A stretch of DNA of 64,000 nucleotides, taken from contig CDRNST010000091.1 of the NCBI GenBank assembly GCA_977016875.1, positions 1,984,001 through 2,048,000 of the forward strand, in the 5' to 3' direction. Positions 1 through 12,849 of the stretch are shown piece by piece. Position 1 is the first letter of the stretch; each line of letters starts with the position of its first letter. The position numbers were made by a program, and so were the translations under genes. The notes below the pieces were generated by a model, which did no database searches, was not told the origin of the DNA, and worked only from the letters and a program-made list of their open reading frames with translations. Source of the DNA: Pavona decussata. Taxonomy: Eukaryota.

Positions 1-1190
1 ATTGCACTGTATAGACTAAAGTTTTACATGTGTTATTTTTATCCGTATTTATATTGTTCATTTAATAAAGATTGGTCAAAATAGAATGTCCTTAACTGAC
101 TCTCATCCTGGGTAATGTTCTTCGTATGTTTTTAAATTTTAGTTAATTTCGGCCTCAACGTTCTTATAAAAGGGGTTCTTATAAAAAAAAAAAAGAATGT
201 ATACCTGTTTCACTGACTTAATAATACATTACACTTTTATGAACAGTGTAGTTTCAAATTGGAAACCAGCGAACTCCTGTGCCGTCTATTTGTGTGGAGC
301 TTTGGATGCCGTATGGCATTAAACCTTTTGGTTTTAAGATTCGCAAAAAAAAAAACTCGAGCCCCCACAAATTCATCCCCAGAAAATGGGTCTTCCACCA
401 AAATATTCTTTACTATGGAAACTGCGATAAATTACCGCATCAATTTTCAAAGTAGAATTAATAGTTATTAAATACTGTTAAAGAGAAGACATCATTTTGC
501 ATATGAAACTAAAGGAGATGTAAATTTCATCTAACGCAAATAAATTGGATTTTGTTTCTTTTACAACTGCTGTATGTACAGTCCACATCGTGAAGAGTTT
601 GTCTATAGTAACAAGCGCTGGGATGGCAAAATTTTCTTATGTTATGGTATATACCTTGTAGAATTACAGAAAAGGAAAAGGCGAGAGAGAATGCTAATCT
701 ATACTCGCCAGGCAAACAAATGTTGGTTCGAGAAAGCCGTAGCTTGTGATGCACAGAAAACAGAGAAACATGTTTCTACTTAAGATAGCTTTTATTTGAG
801 ATCGTGGGCCTGGTGGAGTTCATAATTAATGAAAAGAAGGTGACGTGAAGAGGTAGCTGCAAAGAGCTGTTTGTCCTCAGTCCATTAATACAAACGAAAT
901 GTGGGTGGGGGGGGGGGGGGGGGAAGAGGAGCGCTGAAGAAAAATGTTATTCGTAATCTGTGTTCAAATAGGAGAAACTCTGCACGATTTTTCATTATTA
1001 AAAACTGGATAATTCAACAATTCTATTCTAGTGTGTTGATTGGCTTAGCAGCCAAGGGATATCAGTTATTATACCATGCCCGAGAAATAGAGGCCAATAA
1101 GCAAGGCTGATTTCATGGTCAGGGAAGAATATTTTTTCAATATTTCGGGCCTTTATCCTTCAGGATATGTTTTGAGACTGACCCTGTGTG
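1..1190 (+). repeat. Direct segmental duplication, copy 1 (copy 2 at 8970-9985); runs off the window start
   Basis: 1-100 matches 8970-9070, and 290-1185 aligns collinearly with ~9071-9980 with scattered substitutions and small indels. Copy 1 keeps ~190 bp (101-289) that copy 2 lacks. Confidence 0.9.
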
Positions 1191-2473
1191 ACTAAATTAA
1201 GTCGCCGAATGCCACGCTTCAGGAGAAGCTGCTGAACGTCCAGTTGGCTTGGAGTTGTTACTGGTTATTGATTGTTTTCAACACTTTTTGTGTATTTATT
1301 TCACCGAAGGCAGAAGTCAAAATAAAGACCTTTTGACTTCTCAGCAGGTGTTAATATATCAAGTTCTATTCTTTCACTACTTACTTAAAAGAAGGTTTTT
1401 GTATGAGTCTTCCTTTTAATAACTTGGATTGACTTTTATTTACAATGAGTGTTTGAAGATTTAGGGAGGGTGTACCGGATTAAGGAAATAAGGTTTTCAT
1501 TTCCATAGCTTTAATCTTTGACCATTCCACCTGCGTATTTTTGAAATTCAATTTCGTTTGAATAAAATAATTATAGAGTAATCTTAATTTCCTGATATCT
1601 AAACAAAACGTTTATTTATCAATCTTAGTGATCAATCTGTGAGAAAATTGACTTCTGCTGCTGCTTTACAGGCACAAACGGAAATTCTCCTCGTGGAGTG
1701 CTATTTTATCTTTGTCTTTACTCAAGTAAAGTTCGATTATTTTAGTTTAGTGTTTACTGCATTGCATTCAGAGCCAGTAGCCTCATAGCGTATTTGTTCA
1801 AGAATTTCTTAAGGATCATTCTCTAAGCTTAAGTTCAGTTTTGAATAGATCGAGAAAGTGTTAAATATTTATAAGTTTTCTCAAATAATTTTTACAGGAT
1901 ATATGTTTTGTTGAATATAGCTAGAAGTTTGATCCCACGTTACATCACAGCATCTTTCTTCATAAATCATAAAGCTAGAAAATACTTATTATCTTACATT
2001 ATCTGTAAACGCGTACTGTACTTTCTTATTTACAATAGACTTGATCAGTCCTAAATTTCGCTGAGAAAAAGGCAAGTTCTTCAGATCCCAGGCTCGCAAG
2101 GATTATAGATACAGCGAACAGTACTCTTTCAAGCAGATATTTGCACCAAAATGTGGTGTCAACGATGTTTGCTCACGAAACGTTTTCTGGCTACAGATAT
2201 AATATTACCGTTTTGGATCAAAAAAGATAAACTTGAGACGTCGTGAACTCTCACCCACTCTGTAGCGTATCTTAAGTGGAATTTCTCATAGTGAAAGACT
2301 CATTGGGATAAACAATTGCTCATGACAAAATGATAACTGAATTTCTCGGCTGCGTAGTGTCATGGGTCTTCAAAGAAGATATTCCAGTCACGCTAATATT
2401 ATCACATACAGGAATTTCTTACAACTTCATTCCATCGAGATCAAAGTGAAATTATTGCTTTTCGCTAACCGCT

Positions 2474-3427
2474 TCAGCAGAATAATTGTTTCACTGCGTT
2501 GCGAACATCATTCATTCTCCAAACGTAAAGGCATGGATTGAGTGAGGAAGATAAAAATAAGAGGGCTACGGACAAACTGTTTGCAAGCCATAGTTCTTGA
2601 AAGCCGTTATCCATTACATGGACATACAGCCCTAGACAAACAGCATAAGGCATGAAACAAATATAAAACAAGCCGAGAATATACAAGATTGTATTCACAG
2701 ATTTCTTGTAATTGGCCAAGTTTATCGCCTGTTGACCAAAATTAGCAGATCGTTCGTTTGCTTTCACTTGTTGTTGATGGTGACGAATGATTCGTAGGAC
2801 GCTGAAATAGGCAATGGATGTTGTAATTAAAAAAATCAGTGATAGTGTTAGAAGCGCGATATGTAACACAAGTGCAGGAGTTAATTTTATGGCCTCTAAT
2901 GCATGAAGAGCTGCCAAAGGAGAAGGCATGAGTAATATCATGGCAACGACAATACCTCGACGACGCGATGTCACCAAGGATCGCCGCGTCATATGCAGCC
3001 ATCGTTCAACAGACATGAATGTTATAAGAAGAGTCGTGGCACAAATAAAGTAGGTTGAACTGGAATCTCCAATGGCGCCTATCGTAATAGAAATCTGTGG
3101 CTTCTTATTACAACCAGACGTTGAGAACAGCAAAGTATGTACGGCAACAATAGGTTGAGCAATAAGTCCTGTGCATAAATCAGTGAACGCTAATCCACTC
3201 AGAAGGACATGAAAAGTTGTTCTCTGAGACATCTTCTTCCAAATTGCGGCCAAAATCAGTGCATTTGCCGCCACTGCCACCGGCGACAAAATCGCAATAA
3301 CGACGAAACATAAGAAGGTAGCCGTATGGATGTAATAACCGCCGTTTTTTCTTTCCTCAGCTAACAAGACGCAAGCAGGAAGGGAAACATTATGTGAAGA
3401 ACTTGGAAATGTCTTGTTGTTGGACAT
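2474..3427 (-). CDS. Class A (rhodopsin-like) 7TM GPCR, intronless CDS, melanocortin/adenosine-receptor-like orphan family
   Basis: 317-aa ORF with seven hydrophobic segments, TM1 ANALIL, TM2 LAFTDL, ERW at the DRY position, TM6 FMPY and TM7 SSSLNPCLY. Confidence 0.93.
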   Translation of the reverse strand: MSNNKTFPSSSHNVSLPACVLLAEERKNGGYYIHTATFLCFVVIAILSPVAVAANALILAAIWKKMSQRTTFHVLLSGLAFTDLCTGLIAQPIVAVHTLLFSTSGCNKKPQISITIGAIGDSSSTYFICATTLLITFMSVERWLHMTRRSLVTSRRRGIVVAMILLMPSPLAALHALEAIKLTPALVLHIALLTLSLIFLITTSIAYFSVLRIIRHHQQQVKANERSANFGQQAINLANYKKSVNTILYILGLFYICFMPYAVCLGLYVHVMDNGFQELWLANSLSVALLFLSSSLNPCLYVWRMNDVRNAVKQLFC

Positions 3428-4449
3428 GGTATTGATCTATCATGAACGTTGGCAACCAAATTGAATAGGTGATTTTAGTAAATGTATTGATGATTTCACC
3501 AGGTTCAGGTTCATCTTATTTACTGGCAAATGTATTTTCATCACCAGTAGCCAGATGATATGATTTCTAACCTTGATGTTGTGTTCCCTACAACGAAAAT
3601 TCGCGTATTGTCTATCGTTTGTGGCAATTGTCGAGAAAACTAATAAATTCCATGTTTCACCGTTGTTATTTCTGTTTGGACTGAATGAAGTGTGATTTGG
3701 AGTGCCTTGCTCATTAAATACCTTCTTGGGATCAAGAGAGTGTCACGTAACTTAATTAAAATAGACCTTTGTTTGTATTTGTAGTCTTTTTATTATTTTT
3801 TTATTGATTAAAGGAGGTTTCCTTATTAGAAATTTTTAGGGGAAATTAGTTTTGCTGGGTGCAGATCATCATTTGGATTGATAGTAAAATAGAGGCTACC
3901 TAAAAAACGGAACTTCATTAAACTTAGAAAGCAAACATTGGCAGGATTTTAATATAGATGGTAACAACGTATTCCTAGCTCGTTTTTAATTTCCTGAAAA
4001 ATCGACATGAAAAAAATAATCCTTGCAGGTACGTAGATATAGTCATTATTAACGGCTACTGCGAAAAAAGTCGCAATAAGAGTTTAGTTATTACTGTTAT
4101 TAAACAGTAGTTTAATGGCCATTTGAGTATTTTCTTTTTTTCAGCAAGTATAAGATGGTAGAACATTGGTTTAGATAAAAGCATTTTAAATTAATGGACT
4201 AATTATTTTTCTAACCAAAGAAGTGGTGCTGCCCTTAAGGTATACTCCGCTCCGGTAGCAGTTGAGAATCGTGTCATAAGGGAACGTGGTGGAAATACAA
4301 ATTTATTGAAATTTCAGTCATTCACTCCTCGGCATGTCTTTTTTTAACATGAAAGCTTCCATTTAGGATGATCGTTCTTACTTACCATGCCAAGAGACAG
4401 TATTGCTCGAGAAGCAGGATAGCAAGGGGGTGCACTGGTGATACGAGCT

Positions 4450-4940
4450 GACCTCCTGCCAAGATCTAAGATGATGACGAGCAGTAGATAACGAAAAGAA
4501 CAAGGATGACACGTGAAAGAGGATGAGGAACGGGATAAAAAGATTAGGATGAGATTATGCATGGGGATGAGGGTGAGGAGGAGGAGGAAAGGAGGAGGAG
4601 TAGGAGAAGAAGGAGGAGGAGCAGTAACAGGACAAAAATGAGATGTAAATAAGGAAGAGAAAAATCAGGATGGGAATGAAGATGATTATGAGGATTATGG
4701 GGATGAGTATAGGAATGAGAATAGAGATGACGATGCTTATGCGGCTAAACATGAGGATGGGGATACAGATGACAGTAAAGATGAGAATGAGGATGGTGAA
4801 TGGGATGAAGATGAGACTTTGGATGAGGATGGGGTTGAGGCTATGGTTGAGGTTGAGGTTGAGCATGAGGATAAAGCTGAGGATGCGAATTAGGTTAACA
4901 GTGAGGATTATGATTATGTTTCGTTGCTGGTTGTGGTGAT
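4450..4940. repeat. Purine-rich degenerate (GATGAG/GAG)n low-complexity tract
   Basis: Runs of gaggag/gatgag/gttgag. These generate spurious Met/Arg- and Ile/Leu-rich ORFs. Confidence 0.8.
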
Positions 4941-6358
4941 TGTTATGAAGGACATTTTACATAGAAGAAAAGAGTAATTATCCTGGATTAACGTGGTTCT
5001 TCAAGGACTTTTCTGTACAGCTAACTTAAATGATGGCTTCTCATTATCATCAGCAGGCTTGAATATTAGAATCCAGCCTTTTATGGATCGATCTGTGTGA
5101 CAGAAATAGCAAGTTTATAGCTTTTCTTGTTGAACGATTTGAAGGGAAATATGATCTTAACTCTAATTCTGGATCTAAGTCTGGAACAAATAATGGAGAA
5201 GGAACTGAAAGTCGCTTGCCCGGAAATAACATTTTTAAATGTTCTTTCCGGCCAAGCGACTTTAAAAAGTCACGGCAACTGCTGTTCAACTTGATGAACC
5301 GAATAGTTAAAGGAAAGGCAAGTAATGAAAAATTCGAAATCGTGTGTGGTAACTTCAAGGAATGGAGGATAGATCAAACATCAAAGAGACAATTAAAAAA
5401 AAAGAGAGAGTAGCTTTGATTGTCGCTGAGGGTCATTTGAGCACATAATGGTAAGAGTTCAGTTTCTATTTTCCCTGCAAAGCGTTCGAGAAATATAGAC
5501 ATTAATACAGAATCAATCGAAAACCTCTCCAATTTTTCTCATTCTTATATTAATTCTCCTTTCCAGTCCCCCTGGAAAGGCTAAAAAATAAAAGGCTCTG
5601 TAAAATAGCATGAAATACTTAAAGGGAATCAACTGAAAAAGAAATCACCAAAGGAGAAAGGCAATTTACCTGAATGCCTGCATTTCTTTACCTATCATGC
5701 TTAAAAAAAAGTTTAGCAAGTTTAATGTGATTTGAGTCTGCAAACTGTCGGTGACTTCAAAAAGATTTGATGGCAATTTCACTGTACCGTGAGAATAGGG
5801 CACATGCACTGTCGCAACATAAAAATTCACACTGCCGTGATATCGTCGTATAATCATGCCAAAAATGGCAGGTTATTTACACAGACAATTTTAGACTGCA
5901 CTTAAAGCCGACAAAATGGTTGGCAAAATCACATCAAAACTTGGCTGTGCAAACACAGAGTTGACGTTTTATTTTACTACATCTTAAAATCTTTTTAATT
6001 GGCTCTAAAAATTATTTTGCAGGGACACCTTTTGGTCATAGATATTATATATTATTACTTATTAATATCATCTGAAGCAATTCAACAGCTACTGAGAGAA
6101 AATTCTAGATTGTCAACACTATTGAGGTTTCATATGTCACTGATAATATATTTCGATAATTAATTACTGTTGTGGTAGGGTTTCGTGGGAAAAACAGCTG
6201 GATCACTAGTTCTTTTAGCATATCAATGTTATTCAAATTTTGGAGTCGTGAATGGGTAGATCACAACGGAAGTGTCGGCAATCGGTTAGCGTTCCTCTCA
6301 CGGTACAAATAGGAACATGCAGTTTTAAGATTTTCTGTCTCTGTTAGCTTGGTTGCCA

Positions 6359-7294
6359 ATGAATAGCAACGAGACTCAGTTTCCGCGCCTTTGTTTCTTC
6401 GACGGAATTGCAAGGAATCAACGTTCTCTTTCCCCGGTAATCACAAGCTCGGCTTCTGCTGTCATCGTTCTTTTGTCGCCCATTACAGTGGCGGGAAATG
6501 GATTGGTCTTGGCGGCAATTTGGAAGAATCCGACACTCCGAACACCTCCTTATATTCTTTTGTGTTGTTTGGCTTTTACTGATCTGTGCACAGGACTCAT
6601 CACTCAACATTTTTATGTTGCAACCGAACTGATGTGTCTGCAGGAACCCCAGAATATTCAAGACCGGTTATCGCTACACCGTTTCGTCAAGGTTGTTTCA
6701 GAAGGATGTGGCACGTACTTCAGCAGCTTGACTGTATTTCTTATTACACTGATGTCAGTTGAAAGGTGGCTGTACATGGCTCGCCGGTCTTTGGTCACCA
6801 AGCGCGTGGCATACTTCATTGTGGCAATAGTACTAATCTGTCCTATTCCAATTGCTGTATTACGCACATTCCAAGTGTTATATGGAGTTTATGAACTGGC
6901 ACTGAACACTGTTTCTTTCACTATTTTGTTTCTTTGTTTCCTTACCACGTCAATAGCTTATTTTAAAGTTTTTCGTATCATAAAACAGCATCAGCAACAG
7001 GTTCAAGCCAATTTAGCTCAACCAGCGATAAACTTGGCGAAGTACAAAAAGTCCGTATTTTCAATCCTGCTGATTGTGGCATTGTTCTATATAAGCTACT
7101 TACCGTTTCTTGTCTTTGTTGGTCTTCATCTTTCCCGTCTAAAACACTCTGAAGTTGCGTTGGCGTTTTCATTTTCGGTGATTTTTATGGTTCTGTCATC
7201 CTCCCTAAACCCTATTCTTTACGTTTGGAGAATGAGTGAAATCCGCAATGCGGTAAAACAATTGTTAAAACAGCTACTCTGTCGGCAAAGTTAG
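6359..7294 (+). CDS. Class A 7TM GPCR, paralog of 2474-3427
   Basis: First ATG at 6359 (the ORF track starts at TTG 6353). Motifs GNGLVL, LAFTDL, SVERW, INLAKYKKSV, SSSLNPILY. A probable splice acceptor (ttttctgtctctgttag) just upstream suggests a 5' UTR intron. Confidence 0.93.
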   Translation: MNSNETQFPRLCFFDGIARNQRSLSPVITSSASAVIVLLSPITVAGNGLVLAAIWKNPTLRTPPYILLCCLAFTDLCTGLITQHFYVATELMCLQEPQNIQDRLSLHRFVKVVSEGCGTYFSSLTVFLITLMSVERWLYMARRSLVTKRVAYFIVAIVLICPIPIAVLRTFQVLYGVYELALNTVSFTILFLCFLTTSIAYFKVFRIIKQHQQQVQANLAQPAINLAKYKKSVFSILLIVALFYISYLPFLVFVGLHLSRLKHSEVALAFSFSVIFMVLSSSLNPILYVWRMSEIRNAVKQLLKQLLCRQS

Positions 7295-8969
7295 AGGACA
7301 CTCTGGTGTAGAAAGAGTTCAGTCTTAAGGTTATGAAGTGAATGGATGATAATCGTTGTGTTGAGATGTGGTAACGTACACAAAAAAACGTAACAACTTA
7401 AGCAGAAGCTTGCAAACTTGAAGCAACACCACCAACTTCCTCATTATCGTAGTCTTCATCATCAGCGGTGCTGCAAGCTGCAAGCTTTCTATAAGATTAG
7501 CGCCTGTTTTTTTCTAAGAAATGTTCGTTTTCTCCTATTGGCTCCTATAATTTCTTTTTTATATTGTCAGTCATCGGCATAAAAGAAAATTCTCGGAACT
7601 CAGTTCAAACCCTGGAAAGAAATTTGATAGTAAGCGCGGTCTCCCAGAACCCACGTTGAATTGTGTACGTTATTACTCCTCAATAAATTAATCCCATTCC
7701 ACAAGATGCTTAGCAATAACCACTACATAACAACCCAACAGACGTATAAAAATATATGTTCAAAATATATGTTTCATATATTTAAAGACAAATCTATGCT
7801 AGGATAAAATTTATTCTTTTTTCGTGCCAATATGAGGAATCCGCGTTTCCTGGCATGAGTTTTCTTTAAAATGTGTCGCTTGTGTTAAGTGTCTGATCAT
7901 CCGTATTGAACAGTGAAAACGTCCCACTAGTCAATGGAAAAGATTTTGCTGCGTTTGTCAAGTTTTTTTTTTTTTTTTTTTTTTTTTGGATTCAGTTGTG
8001 GCGTGTGAATAAAATACCTTGAAAACCCAAAGCCAAAGCGCATTCACAGTGATGATAACTATCTAAAAGATAATTCTAAATCCATCTGAAAGCCAATGCA
8101 AATATTTAAGTGTTGGAGTATTGTGTGTTTTGGAATAATTTGCATATTTTTCTTCGATATCGTCGAAATCTGCTCTTTTACAGAACAACACAACGACAGC
8201 AACATAAAAATAACAAGGAACATTATGTTATATTGTACTGAAAATGTGACATGTTCATCAGGTGCAGAGGTAAAATTACGGGTTAGAAGTTGATACACAA
8301 CAGTTCACCCAGGCAGGAAAACAAACAAAGAAGCTAGCGTCGAGGTTCTAAAACCAACCTTTATTTCCGCTCCATGAAGGCTCGTCTTCTCATAAAATTA
8401 AACTGAACTAATTGAGGTTACAATTTGGCCACATGTTCCAGAATTGCAAATTATTCCCCTGATCAACACTTGCTGCTATTCAACTGAACATTAATTTTCT
8501 TAATACCATCGGAAAATTCCAAAACCAGCAACTCCCCTTATTTTACTGGTGATCGTCGAGATCGTTTGTTTCGATCCAGTGGCCGCCGTCTTGCTTTGTA
8601 TAGTAATGCAAGATCATAGGTTCGGGACTCCAGTTGGGAGGACTCGGACTCTCTTTTTCCGAGTGCACTCTTTTTTTATATATAAGAACGTCTATTTATT
8701 TCCCTCTTTATTTAATTTTTTATTTATTTGTTAGTTTATTTTTTTGCAAATTTGAGCCTGACAAGTTCTTAAGATGTTCTTAAGTGTCGATAAGTTACCT
8801 GTTATGGTATTTCAATAAATATATGCGGACATGACCAAGACACCTATCAAAGGGCAATATGTGCCGAAATGTGGTGTCCGACCCAAAATGACATCTTCAA
8901 ATATGTACCAGGCATGCAAAAAGGAATCCGTTGTTAATATTAAAATATGTCCCTTTCTCATTTGGGTTC

Positions 8970-9985
8970 ATTGGACTGTATAGACTAAAGTTTTACATGT
9001 GTTATTTTTATCCGTATTTATACTGTTCATTTAATAAAAATTGGTCAAAATAGAATGTTCTTAACTGACTTTGTGTGGAGCTTTGGATCCCATATGGCAT
9101 TAAATCTTTTGGTTTTAAGATTCGCAAAAAAAAACTCGAACTCCCACAAATTTATCGCCAGAAAATGGGTCTTCCACCAAAATATTCTTTACTATGGAAA
9201 CTGCGATAAATTACCGTAACATGTTTTAGGTGCCGCCGCATCAATTTTTAAAGTAGAATTAATAGTTATTAAATACTGTTAAAGCAAACACTAAGAAGAC
9301 ATCATTTTGCATATGACACTAAAGGAGATTTAAATTTCTTCTAACGCAAATAAATTGGATTTTGTTTCTTTTACAAATGCTGTATGTACATTCCACATCG
9401 TGAAGAGTTTGTCTATAGTAACAAGCGCTGGGATAGCGTTATCTATCAGCAGAATTTTCTTATGTTATGGTATATACCTTGTAGAATTAAAGAAAAGGAA
9501 AAGGGGAGAGAGAATGCTAATCTATACTCGCCAAACAACTGTTGGTTCGAGAAAGCCGTATTTGCACAGAAAACAGAGGAAAATGTTTCTACTCAAGATA
9601 GCTAATGTTTGAGATCGTTGTCCTGGTGGAGTTCATAACAAATAAAATAAGGTCACGTCACGAGGTAGCTGCAAAGAGCTGTTTGTCCTTAGTCTATTAA
9701 TACAAGTGAAAGGTGGGAGTACTAAAGAAAAACGTTATTTGTAATCTGTGTTCAAATAGGAGAAACTGCACGATTTTTCATTATTAAAAACTGGATAATT
9801 GAACAATGCAATTCCAGTGTGTTGATTGGCTTAGCAGCCAAGAGATATCAGTCATTAAACCATGCGCGGGAATTGGAGGCCAATAAGCAAGGCTGATTTC
9901 ACGGTCAGGGAAGTATATTTTTCCAATATTTCGAAAGGCACGGCCTTTCTTCTTCAGGATATGTTTGAGACTGACCCACCCTGTG
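8970..9985 (+). repeat. Direct segmental duplication, copy 2
   Basis: Collinear match to 1-1190. It is preceded by a SINE-like stub (~8610-8663) and a MITE left end (cactctttttttatatataagaac) whose right end survives only in copy 1 (~170-200). Confidence 0.9.
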
Positions 9986-10517
9986 GCAAGTGACGTTACA
10001 ATTTAAAGCCAATAAATCGCCTTCTCGTTTATCTTGCAAGATGAAAACAATTATTCCTGCACTGGCGCTTGTTCAGAGGACGTAAGATCATTAAACCGCT
10101 TGGTGCAACGCGGGGCGTTGGTTTTCTATCATCTTATATCCAACGCAAGCTCGTGGAATAATCACTTAATTGTTGTATAGTTTAAGAGTAGTGAAATCGT
10201 TCAAAATAGTTGACGAAAAAGTCCTTCTTTTAATTAAGAGTACCGGGAACAAAGGGATGGAAAGAGGGAAATTCACAGCCAGCCGCCTCCCCCGGAGAAA
10301 TGTTGACATCTCATGAGTGTAAACGTTCATCAAAAATGTGATAATAACTTAATATGCTCACCCATTAGTGGAAATCATTGGCAAGCAATTGAGAGGAACA
10401 CAAAGTCGTCGCCTTCGCCTTAATTGTTTTTCAGTCTGATCTGGGTCACTGAATTTCCATTCCATTTAAGAGTTGAAAGGACGCGAATAGCTTTCGTTCC
10501 ACTGCAGCAAGAGGGAG

Positions 10518-10541
10518 ATGTTATATTTCCAAAAGCAGTTT
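10518..10541 (+). CDS. Possible alternative first coding exon (MLYFQKQF) of the DUF229 gene
   Basis: ATG plus 7 codons followed by a GTGAGT donor in phase 0, compatible with the exon at 13602. Confidence 0.35.
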
Positions 10542-12849
10542 GTGAGTAGTCTCATCTTTGTTCATTTTATTTTGATCTGAGACGGTAGAAAAATTCAGTT
10601 AAGCAAAACCTTGGGTATCTCCTCAAGGCAATTTTCATTTTCTCGTTTCATACGACCCTTGCCATGTGTCTTCACACTTGATATTTGTCAGATTTTTGGG
10701 ACAGTTTTTTTTCCGAAATCGAGAATTTTTTTGTTTTTTCCGTTAGGAGACAATAGGACGAAGACCAGATTATGTCGTTTTTTCACCCAATTATTGTGGT
10801 ATCCAATTCAAACTGCTGTGTTATTTGAATACAACGAAGCGAGGGTCTGCGAAAAACTGTCGAGAAAACGAATGTAGGCACGGTAACTCAATCATGGGAA
10901 GTTATTTAACTTGTAATCTTAAGTTGACTATGTTTACAAACTATGAGGGAAGAAAAGTATAACCATTATGTTTGGTTCGCTTTCGCAATTAACGCACAAA
11001 CCATTTTCTAAGTGTGGCTATGGCCCTGGTCGATCGCCGGTGACCTTAATTCCACTCTTAAGCTATATTCTCGGCTACATGTTAAAGTCCACTTTGGAGC
11101 CAAGATCTGTGTGTTCTATTCGCCTCGAAGATCTTATCGTTGTAACAGAACTCGGCTTCTCTCCGCAGCCAACAAGTGCGTCTCCCCCAGAGTTTGGAAT
11201 ACGTTGTAACAGGTCATTCCTCGTAGCACAGATTACAACCTTAATTGAAATAAGGAAAACAGAGTAGCTTTATCAAAACCTCGCACTGATTATCTAAAGC
11301 GTAGTTTTGGTGTGGGCTCTGCTGTGGAATAATATTAAACACAAAACAAGAGCCATAATTCCCATCCGGGCATTTAAATCGGGACGGTGGTAAACATGTA
11401 AAACAGTTAATTCCTATTTGTGTATATCACAAAAAGGCCTTTCACTGTGTTAGGAATAAAGTTCAGTTTTAAGCTTGGTTTATTTCCTCGAGTGCGATTG
11501 GGGCACGTTGCCCCGTTGCTGTGTTAGACTACAAAACATCTTAAAAATTTATCAATTGTTCACACAAATTGACACTGAAATTAAAAAAGTTTCATTTGCA
11601 CAAAGACCTGTTTTAGTACATCACTGGTGTTTTCTCTGACAATAGGAGATCGGAACAAAACGGTTCAAGGTTTTTATTTGCCTCCGGTCTGATGTAGCTT
11701 AACGAAAGGCAAACTTGGAAACTTTAATTAGTTCAGGCGGTGTAACTAATCAAACCAAAACGTTTTTCATTTTTCGCCACATTCGGACGTACGAAATGCA
11801 CAAAACCCTCCGCTAAACATAGGCTCAGTCATTTTCGGTCCTATAACCGAATTTTATTGCCGAGAGAGACCGGGAAAGTTCGGCTCGGTAAGAAAACGTG
11901 GAGGGGAAAACAGTACTACTGAGGTTAGGAATATAACGCAAAAAGCTTCAATAGTCAGAGAAACGCAGAGCTGAAATTTAAACGAGATGCTTAAAATGTC
12001 GTTTTCAAGCGAGTTTTCTAGATTGTTTTAGGGGTTTGTTACAGGGGCTTTTTGGAAAAACTAACACAGTTTGGTATTTTCGGGTTTTGTGAGTCGTAGG
12101 AGAATTCAACCAAAACCGATTCTTATTTGTGCCTCCCGCTCGTAGCCTTTGCCGAAAATTTAAATCGAGAACATTTTAGTGAATTTCCGAGCTGTGGTAA
12201 GTTTGCTTTCATAACATGCTAGTTGAATTGTTTTCCCCACTTTGAAACTACACCGTTTGCCCCTCTGATAGCGAATTAAACGCGTTTTTCCAGTGTGGCG
12301 AACGTTTGTGGTGATATTTCGCGAAAAAGAAAATGCCCGTTTATCTTCATAATTTGATTCGGATTTGTGAGGCGGGTGATGCATTCCCAGCAGATGTTCC
12401 ACCAAACAATCTTTGGGTAACTATGAAATTTGAGAAATAAAAAAAATTGCCGTGGTCACACCTACGTCTTTAACTAAATACAAAGAAGAGTTCTAATTGT
12501 TGGTTACAAGGCGTCAAAACTGGCAATGGGCCCTACTGCAGCTGTTTCATGGTACAAAATCCACCATGCTGGAGGGCAAGCTACGTACTGGGACATTCAA
12601 ACCAAAGAAAATTCTAGTTTCACTGGATGAAGTTGCTTTGTTTTGGATGTCCCAGTGCTTAGCTTGCTCTCCAGTATGGTGGACTAGTTTGCATCATGTG
12701 ACCGATAGCTGCAAAATGCTGGATGGGGGAATGCTTTATCTGATTATTTTCTTTTCCCTCTCGTGACAAAATGCGAGGCTTACCCTGCTGGCTAAACAGT
12801 CGGCAATTTTCAAAGTTTATGAAAGTTAAGGATCGTCGGCAAACCTTCA

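Noticed and set aside
4555-4939. Ile/Leu-rich and Met/Arg-rich ORFs
   Set aside because: Products of a degenerate GA-rich microsatellite.
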